From a virus (lineage: Duplodnaviria; Heunggongvirae; Uroviricota; Caudoviricetes), in IMG/VR virus record IMGVR_UViG_3300043568_002650, positions 512 to 64,511 of that record: 64,000 bases of DNA. One strand, written 5' to 3'. Positions 35,204 to 44,726 of the stretch are shown here, piece after piece. The translations under genes were made by a program, and so were the position numbers. A model generated the notes under the pieces. It was given only the letters and a program-made list of their open reading frames with translations. It had not been told where the DNA came from and ran no database searches. Numbering within the stretch: position 1 is the stretch's first letter; every line of letters starts with the position of its first letter.

Positions 35204-35776
35204 CTAATTGTCATTATTTGTCAAGTCACTAACTAGCTCTTGGATAGATTCAGTAATATACCCATTGGATATTTCTATGTGGCCTAGTACTTCATTTGGG
35301 TTAAGTTGCCTCATAATAGGTTCTTTATAATAGTCAAGAATATCTCTATTTCTCGTGGTACCGTCTGACTCTTCCCAAGTGAGTCTCTGTTCAGGGCCTA
35401 GGTCTGGATAGAACATACTCACATCAATCGTGCCATTTAGATATACTTGCCACATAAGTTCAACATTAAATGATTGTGTTATATAATCATCAAACGCTTC
35501 CTCCTCATTGGGTGAGTCAAATACATATTGAAAGTCTAGTGCTTCATCCTTGACCCATTCTTCAATCTCCTCTTCCAGCTCTAAATCAAGTAGTGAGATT
35601 TCTGACTTACTTAATTTTGTGAGTTTTCCGAGAGATGCCTGAATCTTAATACGATCACGTATCAAATCCTCTGCACTAATCATACCAATATCATATAAGT
35701 GTTCAATATCTGCAAGTTGACTCTCCCCAGAATATTCAGAGTTTTCATTAATCCATTGAGTAAAGTTTAGTATCAC
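35204..35776 (-). CDS. acidic late protein (targeting-like plus SHOCT-like motif)
   Basis: MILNFTQWINE; QLADIEHLYDIGMISAED. Confidence 0.7.
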   Translation of the reverse strand: MILNFTQWINENSEYSGESQLADIEHLYDIGMISAEDLIRDRIKIQASLGKLTKLSKSEISLLDLELEEEIEEWVKDEALDFQYVFDSPNEEEAFDDYITQSFNVELMWQVYLNGTIDVSMFYPDLGPEQRLTWEESDGTTRNRDILDYYKEPIMRQLNPNEVLGHIEISNGYITESIQELVSDLTNNDN

Positions 35777-35792
35777 TAGATAAATCGTCTTT

Positions 35793-36398
35793 TTATACTT
35801 CTTTTCCTCCTCCTAGAGTGGGAGCACTAGTTGATGTCATACTGCTTGCGAGTGAAGCAATACCATTTGAGAGTTCAGGATTTTTAAAGTGATCTACGAA
35901 ACCTAACATATTGGCAATCTTGTAACGATTTAGTTTTACCTGATCTGATGAGTTACCGTCGACCGAGACAAAGGAGTCTCCCTCAACCTTAACTACAATA
36001 CCGGTGTGTCCACCGCCAATACGCGACTTGATAAAGATTTGTCCAGGTTTTACTAGTGAAGGGTCAGCCATTGCTGCTTTAGCATCGATACAACTATCTG
36101 GACTCTTCTTTTTGGATTCATTCCAAAAGTTAAGTACTGCTCCTGTCTTATATAGTGGAGTTGCAAGCCCCTTACCTTTACAAAATTCTTCAAATATCGC
36201 ATAGACAAATGCCATACACCAAGGATTACCAGTTCCGAGTCCAATTGACTTAAGAAAACCTTTGACCATCTCACCAGCGTTATTACCCTCTTCCCGCTTA
36301 CCAACATACTTTTTAAGTATGCCGACTAGATTACCAGCATCTGCTGGACCGACTGCAATCGTGTCTTCATTGATAAATTCGCGAAATGATTTTAGCAT
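35793..36398 (-). CDS. CHAP-domain amidase/peptidase
   Basis: GNPWCMAFV...GHTGIV...DGNS; MLKSFREFINE. Confidence 0.88.
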   Translation of the reverse strand: MLKSFREFINEDTIAVGPADAGNLVGILKKYVGKREEGNNAGEMVKGFLKSIGLGTGNPWCMAFVYAIFEEFCKGKGLATPLYKTGAVLNFWNESKKKSPDSCIDAKAAMADPSLVKPGQIFIKSRIGGGHTGIVVKVEGDSFVSVDGNSSDQVKLNRYKIANMLGFVDHFKNPELSNGIASLASSMTSTSAPTLGGGKEV

Positions 36399-36421
36399 CA
36401 GGGTTGGGTAATTTTTATTAT

Positions 36422-37042
36422 TTATTTCTGAAAATGCTTGGCTATTCGATTGCTTAGTCGAACTCTAGGATCTTCCGGATCTCTTGATAACACCGCGTAT
36501 GGTAACATAAAACCAAAACTAAGTAGTATTCTCCTTGACCTAAATGGAGCTGGCGTCCAGTGTTTGTAGAGGCTGGCCTCAAAACAATACATGTCAGACT
36601 GATTGATAGTTAAAGTGTCGGGGTCAATACAAAAATCATAGGGTTCTGCAAGCACACTGATATTACACTTATAGTTGATATGACCCTCTACTGCAGCATC
36701 ATAGTGTTTCTGTACCTCTCCTCCGGTAGACATGTCAATCACTTGTAAAAAACTATTGTCTACTGGTATATTAAGTTGAGAACTGATCTTTTCCCTAATC
36801 GAGTAGATAAATTGAGGTACCTCACTCTGTACTACACTAGATATTGACTGAAACTCGGTGATGTAATTAGTTAGTTCAGTATTTGAGAGATCAAACATTG
36901 CACTAGTGCCACTTAGAGACTTTGATAATTTATCTAGGTGGTGATTGGGTTTACCTGTACGTGTGACTAGACCCGATGCCCAATCAACTATTTTAGCGCT
37001 CTCCTCCTCATCTATAAAATTTTTAAAGTGCCGGTAACTCAT
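36422..37042 (-). CDS. 2OG-Fe(II) oxygenase-like protein
   Basis: GGEVQKHYD...KCNISV...YKHWT..RILLSFGF. Confidence 0.7.
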   Translation of the reverse strand: MSYRHFKNFIDEEESAKIVDWASGLVTRTGKPNHHLDKLSKSLSGTSAMFDLSNTELTNYITEFQSISSVVQSEVPQFIYSIREKISSQLNIPVDNSFLQVIDMSTGGEVQKHYDAAVEGHINYKCNISVLAEPYDFCIDPDTLTINQSDMYCFEASLYKHWTPAPFRSRRILLSFGFMLPYAVLSRDPEDPRVRLSNRIAKHFQK

Positions 37043-37371
37043 TTTCCCCAGCTAGATTTAATTCTCTTTAATCCGTGCTCTGCTAAGAACTCACTAGGTA
37101 CCCGATCCTCCCCAATAATAGTATGCATTTGAGAAGCTAGCATGTTTTGGTGCATTGCCTCATTTACGTTAATAAAGCAGAACCAGTGAGTTGCTGGTAA
37201 TTCTCCAGTTGAGGAAAGAGGTATTTTTAGGTGATCTAGTGAAATATCTTCACCCTTTTTCTTTTTTAATTCAAGTAACCCTTCAGTTAATTTAAGTTGC
37301 GGTAAAACAGTAGTTGCTCTTTCACGAGCATCGGTGATGTTTGAGTCTTCACATAGTATACATAATCTCAT
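37039..37371 (-). CDS. hypothetical protein
   Basis: 110 aa ORF in operon. Confidence 0.7.
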   Translation of the reverse strand: MRLCILCEDSNITDARERATTVLPQLKLTEGLLELKKKKGEDISLDHLKIPLSSTGELPATHWFCFINVNEAMHQNMLASQMHTIIGEDRVPSEFLAEHGLKRIKSSWGK

Positions 37372-37385
37372 ATAATTAAATTTTT

Positions 37386-38300
37386 TTAGAAACTGGTGAT
37401 TGAAAGTATGGCAACATTCTCGGCTGACTCAATAAGTAAATCTTTAACGAAAGTCAAATAATATGGGGTGACAGCTCCGCCAGTGTCAGTGTCCATTTTA
37501 AATAGCCCAATGCTCGAATTATCTTCAGGATCTAACCATGATGCGTCTACATATACTACACCTTTGTGCTCAACTGCTCCAAATACAGTATCGATTGACT
37601 GAATATTTGGTTCGCTTGGTGAAGGCAACAGTACATTACTATAGGTAAACTCGCCAGTCTCAATATTGAATGGGCCAGTAATAAATTGTGGTAGCGCATT
37701 ATCTATTGCAATTGCCCAGGTAGCTCCTTCATACAGGAATAGGTTCCTAAGTAAGTATCCAGTCTCCTCTGGGTCCACTTCTGAAACTACAGTTGCCGTT
37801 GCTTCTGGTAAAAGAGGATCAAGCTCAATTCGAATAATACTACTAATCGCTTTTTTAAAGAAGTTATCCAGGTAGATAAAGTTTCCTTCCCCTTCATAAT
37901 AGAGAGAAGAGGCGCCTTTTGCAGCATAGTCTGAAATATCGTTCTCGATAAATTCAAGTTCTCTTGTAGTACGATCAATCCTTACAAAGGAAACCTCACC
38001 TTCAACATCAACAGTCGCATATACTAATCCATCGTCTGTGTTTAGGGTGGCCTGTGTAATATCAGGAAACGGTGCATAATTAAAGGACCAGTTTGCCTCG
38101 CCTCTACCTAGGCTATATGCAAGACCAGTTGCGGCTACTCCATATAGACCAGCCAATGGATCTAGTCCGCCGGAACCGGCGGCTGCAGCGGCAGCTACTG
38201 CCGCGCTGTATGACATCTGTTCAAACATCATCTGCTCTTCCATCTCTCGACGAATTTTAAGCTGTTCTGGACTCTCTGAGCCCCAATTGATAAATGACAT
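37386..38300 (-). CDS. hypothetical beta-rich protein with poly-Ala/Gly linker
   Basis: 304 aa; SAAVAAAAAAGSGG then acidic beta-repeat-like region. Confidence 0.7.
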   Translation of the reverse strand: MSFINWGSESPEQLKIRREMEEQMMFEQMSYSAAVAAAAAAGSGGLDPLAGLYGVAATGLAYSLGRGEANWSFNYAPFPDITQATLNTDDGLVYATVDVEGEVSFVRIDRTTRELEFIENDISDYAAKGASSLYYEGEGNFIYLDNFFKKAISSIIRIELDPLLPEATATVVSEVDPEETGYLLRNLFLYEGATWAIAIDNALPQFITGPFNIETGEFTYSNVLLPSPSEPNIQSIDTVFGAVEHKGVVYVDASWLDPEDNSSIGLFKMDTDTGGAVTPYYLTFVKDLLIESAENVAILSITSF

Positions 38301-38328
38301 ACTAAAAAGTTATTTTAATTATTTATCT

Positions 38329-38856
38329 CTAGTATGAAGTATGTAGAGTTAAGTTAAAAAGATCGTGTATAAATGTCTCCTCATCATCCGTTGCCTCGTA
38401 TTTATCAAAAATCACATTAACATCCTTAACTGCTGGATTGAAAGACGTACCATTGACTGTAATGCTTGACCAGTGACCATCAACCCAACTGTATTCAAAG
38501 ATTAGGGTGTCACCAGTTGAAAGTAGTATATTTGCTTGGTAACCATCGTTCCATGCAGTACCGAATACATACAAGGCGACTTCTCCTCGAGGACCAGTCC
38601 AATTCCTAATCCACTCTCCAACTCGACCATCCACTTCCCAATCACCAGTCTCTTCAATCTCAAAATAATAATCATCAGGTCGAATCATTGACTCAATTGG
38701 GGTGTCAGTCTCTACTGATATCTTAATAATCGCCTCAATTAATTCCTTTTTATCAATTATGCTAAGATCAAATAGGTAACGTACATCCTCTAATTTAGAG
38801 ACGGGTGCAGACTCTGACTCGTGAAGTACTCCTCGATATTTAATGATATGCTTCAT
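38329..38856 (-). CDS. acidic late protein (SHOCT-like motif)
   Basis: YRGVLHESE; KLEDVRYLFDLSIIDKKE. Confidence 0.7.
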   Translation of the reverse strand: MKHIIKYRGVLHESESAPVSKLEDVRYLFDLSIIDKKELIEAIIKISVETDTPIESMIRPDDYYFEIEETGDWEVDGRVGEWIRNWTGPRGEVALYVFGTAWNDGYQANILLSTGDTLIFEYSWVDGHWSSITVNGTSFNPAVKDVNVIFDKYEATDDEETFIHDLFNLTLHTSY

Positions 38857-38862
38857 ATAGAT

Positions 38863-39204
38863 TTATTTACGACGAATTGACCAGCCACTTTGTGAAGCTC
38901 GTTCCTCCGCCTTTTCCTCTGCTGACATTGCGTTGTATTCTTCCCACTTGCTTTTCATCTCCTTAACCGCTTCCTTCATTGCCTTTTTAACTTCAGCAAT
39001 TGTTTTGTATTTAGAGAGACCTGTTTTAAATCTGGATAATATATTAAGCTCATCTAATTCTTTTGCTAAATCCTGAATCTCGTCCTGGTCCTTTGTTGAA
39101 AGTTCTCGATATTGATCGCGTAAACGAGTACTACCTTGAGGTAGTGCATGATAGAATTTCGCCTCATTAATAAATTGACCAAAGTTTTTTACTACTTGTT
39201 TCAT
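38863..39204 (-). CDS. hypothetical late protein
   Basis: MKQVVKNFGQFINE. Confidence 0.7.
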   Translation of the reverse strand: MKQVVKNFGQFINEAKFYHALPQGSTRLRDQYRELSTKDQDEIQDLAKELDELNILSRFKTGLSKYKTIAEVKKAMKEAVKEMKSKWEEYNAMSAEEKAEERASQSGWSIRRK

Positions 39205-39367
39205 TGTTAAATTATTTTTTTATTTATTTCTATTATATGTATGTAGACCAGTCCAAGCGTGAGCATCTAGAGCAAGTTGATAAATGACATACTAAAAAGT
39301 TATTTAGGTTATTTATACGAAAAAAGGCTCCATGAAAGGAGCCTCTATCTAATTTAAAGATCTTGGA

Positions 39368-39691
39368 TTAGTAACGACTCTCACGTGAACGAAAGATCTC
39401 GTCCATGTCACTAGGATCGTCGTACTTGTAGCTGTCAGCCGTCTCTCTTTCCAGTGCCTCGATTTGATCTGCAGGTCCGTGAAGTGTAAAGAATGCCGGT
39501 TCGTTTGCATTGCCATTATTCTCTGTTTGGATATCCATGATAATACAGTCAGGCGCAGTCTTGGCGATAATCATTAGGTATTCAGCCATCTCAGCTGCAC
39601 CTATTCCCAATACCATCTCAAGGTGGATCTCCTTGTCAAAGCGTGACCCTTCATTTAAGAACTGACCAAAGTTTTTTACTTGAGTTTTCAT
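39368..39691 (-). CDS. hypothetical late protein
   Basis: MKTQVKNFGQFLNE. Confidence 0.7.
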   Translation of the reverse strand: MKTQVKNFGQFLNEGSRFDKEIHLEMVLGIGAAEMAEYLMIIAKTAPDCIIMDIQTENNGNANEPAFFTLHGPADQIEALERETADSYKYDDPSDMDEIFRSRESRY

Positions 39692-39709
39692 ATTATTCTA
39701 CGTTTTTAG

Positions 39710-39901
39710 TTATTTATCAAGGGGGAAATCCTCTGGGTGCTGCTGAACCCTCTCAACCATACGATCAAGCTCTTCGGAGATCTCCTGTAAGAGAATATTA
39801 TGAACGGCTACTCCCCGCTCTTCCCAGCTAATAAAACCCAATTCATGAAGCTGGTTAAGATCCTCCAGCCGGGTATCAAATGTATCACTCCACTCCTTCA
39901 T
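39710..39901 (-). CDS. small SHOCT-like protein
   Basis: RLEDLNQLHELGFISWEE. Confidence 0.6.
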   Translation of the reverse strand: MKEWSDTFDTRLEDLNQLHELGFISWEERGVAVHNILLQEISEELDRMVERVQQHPEDFPLDK

Positions 39902-39939
39902 TAGATACTATTATACATAATAGCCTGGAGCCAATTAAA

Positions 39940-40860
39940 AATTCCTGGGGGATTTTTTCCCGGTGGAGAGGGGACACTTATCCAAGGGGGCGAGGTCACA
40001 AAACTCTTGGTACTCTATAATTATAAGGGGTACACGGGCAGGCATACACGGGGAGATACTTGGGGAGTATACCTGGGGGAGAGAAACAAGAAACCCTGAG
40101 TTAAACTAACCCAGGGTACCTTCTTACCTAAAACCTTTAATAAAAATGAAAAACAGAGGAATTCAAGCTCCGTTATATTGTTATTATACATAGAGTCTTG
40201 GCTGGATTAAAATAGGAGGAGGAAAAAAGGCCAGGAAAGGGCTCCTAGCCATGGGGGATTCTCGGGGCCCGGTGAGGGGACGGATTTTCGGGGCCAGGGC
40301 GGCCTATAGTCACAAAATTTAACTCGAAATTGCTAGCTAGTCTATCTAGCCTATCTAGTCTATCCTGATAGGCGCTCGGCCAGGGGCTCCTGGGGGCCTG
40401 CCAGGCGGTAAAATGTACCCCTGGGGCTGTCTCCTGGCCGACTGGTCCATGCCTACTGGCCAGACCGGCTCCTGGAGCTGATTCCTGCTAGTCTAGCCAG
40501 CTAGCTATCGAATAGTCCGGTCTCAGGCGCTCGGCCAGGCGCGGTTCTGGTTCCTAGCTAGGCGAATTATTAATCCAATAGCGTCTCTGGCTAGGCGAGC
40601 TTGACAGGTCTGCCGGTTGTGTCGGCTTGGCTTAATCCATTCGTGTCTCTGCTCGACTCTTGACCTGTGCTAAACCCTAAGCTAGACTGTTGCTTAGCGT
40701 CTCTGTTCGAAAAAGATCTATGCACTCGTGTCTCTAGTAATTTTTAGAGACCGCTTGATCTAGCACAGATCCTGGAAGAAAACGCTTCTTCTGCGGGTGC
40801 TAACACCTTTTCCGGTCTCCCGACTTTTATGCTTGGAAGATTGTCAGGGTTAATATAGAT
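39940..40860. other. GC-rich non-coding strand-switch region (candidate genome end, origin or packaging region)
   Basis: no ORF in the track; G runs, CCWGG and CTAG clusters, GGCGCTCGGCCAGG twice; divergent gene blocks either side. Confidence 0.6.
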
Positions 40861-41012
40861 TGGTTATATTTACTATCAGGCTCGGTCCATGGGGAATGAG
40901 ACTTTTTGCTAAGCTAAATACAACTTGTACTCTCTTGATATTTAATCTAGTAAACGCATTACCGATTGGAACTAATTGGTTATATTTACTATATAACTTA
41001 AAACATGAAAGT

Positions 41013-41192
41013 ATGACAACATCAGACATTAGAGCAGAGATCGTAGAGTTAATTAATTCAGGAATCTTAAACGTTCCTAAGATAGTAAAATACTTTCGTC
41101 AGTATCGACCTGAAGCGGATCTAGAGAAGGTCAAGGAAGAGGCAAAAGAATTAGTTGCGCAGGCGAGAGAAACTATTAAGCGTGGATATTAA
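41013..41192 (+). CDS. early hypothetical protein
   Basis: ATG after early promoter; terminator 41199-41222. Confidence 0.7.
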   Translation: MTTSDIRAEIVELINSGILNVPKIVKYFRQYRPEADLEKVKEEAKELVAQARETIKRGY

Positions 41193-41321
41193 GTTTAGAA
41201 CCCGAGCAATCGGGTTTTTTAGTGCAGACTGGCCATGGGTCTCCAGCTTTTTATTATCCTAATTTCTACCGAGGTTAATAAAAAAGTATTATATTTACTA
41301 TATAACTTAATAACAAAGAAG

Positions 41322-41474
41322 ATGAAGATAGTATTATTGTTTATCGCAGTATGTGCAGGTGTATGGACATGGAATCATCCTTTCCCGCCGAGAGTAAACG
41401 ACTTTAGCATAGCAGTTTTAGTAACGTTCGGCATTTACAGAGAATTGAGAAAATTAGTAGAAAACGAAAAATAG
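41322..41474 (+). CDS. early small membrane protein
   Basis: two hydrophobic segments after promoter. Confidence 0.65.
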   Translation: MKIVLLFIAVCAGVWTWNHPFPPRVNDFSIAVLVTFGIYRELRKLVENEK

Positions 41475-41482
41475 AGTAATAT

Positions 41483-41719
41483 ATGAAACGAGTAAGTAAG
41501 CGTATTGAGTTCGGGAATACCGCGTGTCATGGTCTATTACTACCAGTTAAATGGTTTTTAGATGAGGTAGAGGTAACCGAAATGGAATACTATGGTATTA
41601 CACTCCAAACTACGATTGAGGATATAGGCAAGGAGCCTGCAGACATGTTGGACTATCAAGAGTGGCTGATGAAGAGGAGTCTAATTAGGCATAGAGACGG
41701 AGTAGACTTCTTATTTTAG
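41483..41719 (+). CDS. early hypothetical protein
   Basis: 78 aa ORF. Confidence 0.7.
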   Translation: MKRVSKRIEFGNTACHGLLLPVKWFLDEVEVTEMEYYGITLQTTIEDIGKEPADMLDYQEWLMKRSLIRHRDGVDFLF

Positions 41720-41847
41720 GCGAGGTCAAGGCGAGCACAGCGGTTCGCCTTTTTCATGCAGACAGGCGGAGTGTCTCCCGACTTTTATTATTAGAAACGC
41801 ATTACCGATTAGAATAGATTGGTTATATTTAACCATAACTTAAAAAC

Positions 41848-41997
41848 ATGAAGATTATGAAAAGTTTATTAAATGTAGTATTGCTTAGTGTTGGACTTAT
41901 CCTAGTTGCTTTTGGAAATGATTGGGGATTATTAGGCATGGTGCCAGCCTTCTTTCAGATGTTAAAAGAGGATGTTAAAGAGGAGATAGAATTCTAG
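41848..41997 (+). CDS. early small membrane protein (49 aa)
   Basis: ATG directly after promoter module. Confidence 0.6.
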   Translation: MKIMKSLLNVVLLSVGLILVAFGNDWGLLGMVPAFFQMLKEDVKEEIEF

Positions 41998-41999
41998 TC

Positions 42000-42152
42000 A
42001 TGGAAGTATTAAACCTGATTACCGTTGAGCTGGCTAGGCTCGCTCTTCGGCTCGTACCTGGGAGGGTAGAGACACGTGGATACCTGTTGACTGTTCGTAA
42101 GTCGGAACATCGATGCCAAAGAGTCGCCTACAACCGGACACAGAAGAAATAA
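42000..42152 (+). CDS. early small basic protein (50 aa)
   Basis: follows previous stop by 2 nt; terminator at 42156. Confidence 0.45.
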   Translation: MEVLNLITVELARLALRLVPGRVETRGYLLTVRKSEHRCQRVAYNRTQKK

Positions 42153-42207
42153 CGAAGGCGGGAAATTACTCCCGCCTTTTATTGGTCTAGTATGTTCAGG
42201 TCTCTAC

Positions 42208-42939
42208 TTATGCAAGCAGTGTAATCGCGTAGTCAAGTCCGATAGAGACTGGCTGGATCTCATAGATCACGTGTGGAAGAATAGTCATAGTGCTTAGGAA
42301 ACCCGACTTATCTGTCCATGTAAATGGAATCGATCCTCCGTTGATTGCTGCTCCACGTGCTGGCGAGTAAAGGATAGCTGTAATTGGAGTGTCTCCCTTG
42401 GTCGGTACTTCAGGAGAAGAGAAGGTAATCCTAATACTTTCAAGTCCTAAAGCTCGAAAGAAGTCAGCTCGTAAATATATTGTCTCTTCTGTAATCTTAT
42501 CGATAAACTCGCTGAAGTCACCCTCAGTTACAGCCTTAATAATCTCCATTTCCCAATATTTCCTAATCTTGGCTAGTTTAGTATCGTCTCCACCTGCATC
42601 TTCAATAAACTTTTTAACAGTATCTGCATTGGGTACTAGATTCGATGCAACTGCTCTAACACTAAATAGCTCTGCTCGAGTCTGCATATCACTAAATCTT
42701 TGATATAGAGAAGCGCGTTTAGTCCTTTCGATAGGGAGAAATTCAATAGTCGTAGTTACACCATCCGTTTCTACTTCTTCTGATACAATATCTAGTGCAT
42801 AGAAAGTCTCTTGAATCCAGTTGGAAGAAGGAGTAATATTTAACATAGGTTTAAGTCTTGTTGGAGTCTCCTCAGCAGTCAGTTGGGGATCAGCCGCTGC
42901 AATGGGTGAAGGTAATTGGTAAGCTCTAGTATATGGCAT
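42208..42939 (-). CDS. hypothetical late-promoter gene inserted in early region
   Basis: 243 aa; GATAAATA upstream on - strand. Confidence 0.75.
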   Translation of the reverse strand: MPYTRAYQLPSPIAAADPQLTAEETPTRLKPMLNITPSSNWIQETFYALDIVSEEVETDGVTTTIEFLPIERTKRASLYQRFSDMQTRAELFSVRAVASNLVPNADTVKKFIEDAGGDDTKLAKIRKYWEMEIIKAVTEGDFSEFIDKITEETIYLRADFFRALGLESIRITFSSPEVPTKGDTPITAILYSPARGAAINGGSIPFTWTDKSGFLSTMTILPHVIYEIQPVSIGLDYAITLLA

Positions 42940-43069
42940 TCAGTAATAATTTTTTATTATTTATCGGATCTAGTAGATCAATCGGGTCTCCCGCTATTTT
43001 TATTTAGAAACGCATTACCGATTAGAGTAAATTGGTTATATTTACTATATAACTTAAAAACAACGAGAT

Positions 43070-43213
43070 ATGAAAAGATTAGAGTTAATTACATTAAGAG
43101 CTATGCAAGGATTAACTATTACATTGGGAACAATGGTAGTAATTGCAATTGGTTACGCATTCATTCAGGTTGCAACTGGTAATATCCACAGTAGCGCAAG
43201 TTTCGAGTTTTAG
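43070..43213 (+). CDS. early small membrane protein (47 aa)
   Basis: ATG after promoter; TM helix. Confidence 0.6.
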   Translation: MKRLELITLRAMQGLTITLGTMVVIAIGYAFIQVATGNIHSSASFEF

Positions 43214-43430
43214 CGACACCAATCTTCTTGGAAATAGATTACTGGCGGGCCTCAAAGCTCGCCTTTCTTGTTTCCATTTATTGTAGATAGGTGGAGCGTC
43301 TCCTATTTCTACCCACAAAAAAGATGTTACTAAAATTTAGTAACACCGATCTCTTGATAATTATTATTGGAAACGCATTACCAGATTGTATAAATTGATT
43401 ATATTTACTTATAACTTAAAACACAAGACT

Positions 43431-43631
43431 ATGAATCAGATTATTAAAATGGCACTAGAAAATGTTGTACTTTGCAGAGGTACAAACACAGCGAGTGAAT
43501 CTTATGATTACGCTAAGCGAATGGAGCGAGTAATTAAAGATAACCTTGTTGAGAGACTTAAAGAGATTGCCCTAAATCCTGGAACGGCATTGGAAGAACT
43601 TGATAATTTTATTACCCAACTAGAAAAATAA
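43431..43631 (+). CDS. early hypothetical protein
   Basis: ATG after promoter. Confidence 0.7.
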   Translation: MNQIIKMALENVVLCRGTNTASESYDYAKRMERVIKDNLVERLKEIALNPGTALEELDNFITQLEK

Positions 43632-43637
43632 GAGGAG

Positions 43638-43943
43638 ATGATAAGAAAGAAGAGAGAACAGAAGGAACTAGTAATCGATCTTACTGGACCAGACGGAAAT
43701 GTATTTGTGCTAATGGGATACGCTCGTACGCTGAGTCGTCAAATACGAGAGCTGTATGAGGACGAGATGACAACTAATCGTGAACATAATCAGATTCTAC
43801 TAAAGCTAGGCATGGCAGATGCTAAAGCTTTTCCTGAAAACTTGGCTGATCGGATCATTGCAGAGATGACATCATCAGACTACGAGAACGCGGTGGAAGT
43901 ATTCGACCGATATTTTGGGAGCTTCGTGATATTGGACCGATAG
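43638..43943 (+). CDS. early hypothetical protein
   Basis: IDLTGPDGNVFVLMG motif. Confidence 0.75.
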   Translation: MIRKKREQKELVIDLTGPDGNVFVLMGYARTLSRQIRELYEDEMTTNREHNQILLKLGMADAKAFPENLADRIIAEMTSSDYENAVEVFDRYFGSFVILDR

Positions 43944-44229
43944 AAGGTGTTTGTTTTAAGTTGGAGACTTGGGGTTGGCTTGTGCCAGCCCTTTGTTGTT
44001 TACTCCGTAGTGACAGTTTTAGATCAAGACCTGATCGGGCTGTCTCTAGGAATTCTTGGAGACGGGCTAGCCTGCACAATTGCTGTGTACATGACCTGTT
44101 GATGACAACTCTTTAAACGGTTGCAAACAACTTTTGTGTCTCCCGCATTTTATTACTTTTTATTTTCGAAAACGCATTACCCATCCAAAGATTATAGTTA
44201 TATTTACTTATAACTTAAAAACAAAAGAT

Positions 44230-44442
44230 ATGAAAGCTAATGTAAAAGAATTAATGATGAATGCTAAAGAGGCCCTATCTAAAGGTAATCAAATGGTTGC
44301 AAGCGATCACTTAAATAAGGGAATAATCGTCCTCGCTCGATTAACACAAGAGGGAGTGGTAAATACCGAAGGTGCGTCAGTTGACCGATGGAAAGAGAGA
44401 TTTTGGTTTGAGTTAGAAGTCAACGATCTCATCGAAGATTAG
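44230..44442 (+). CDS. early hypothetical protein
   Basis: ATG after promoter; terminator 44462. Confidence 0.7.
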   Translation: MKANVKELMMNAKEALSKGNQMVASDHLNKGIIVLARLTQEGVVNTEGASVDRWKERFWFELEVNDLIED

Positions 44443-44534
44443 AGACACTCAAGATCCTTCTAAACCCGGTTAATCCGGGTTTTTTTATGGAACCTACCCT
44501 CGATTTGGAGTATATAATAAAAAGGAGACCCGCT

Positions 44535-44726
44535 ATGGAAGAACAAATCGAACGTACCCTAGACCAATATTACGACTGGAACAGACCCGAGATAAAAGAT
44601 CTGCAGATACTTGAAGAGTCTCCTGACTTGGGAATCCTGTGTATCCGATGGAGACACCGTGACAAGACCATTACAGTAAAGTCGATATTACAAGATACTA
44701 CACTATTATTAACTGTGTTGAGATGA
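44535..44726 (+). CDS. hypothetical protein
   Basis: ORF; start 44487 or 44535. Confidence 0.55.
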   Translation: MEEQIERTLDQYYDWNRPEIKDLQILEESPDLGILCIRWRHRDKTITVKSILQDTTLLLTVLR

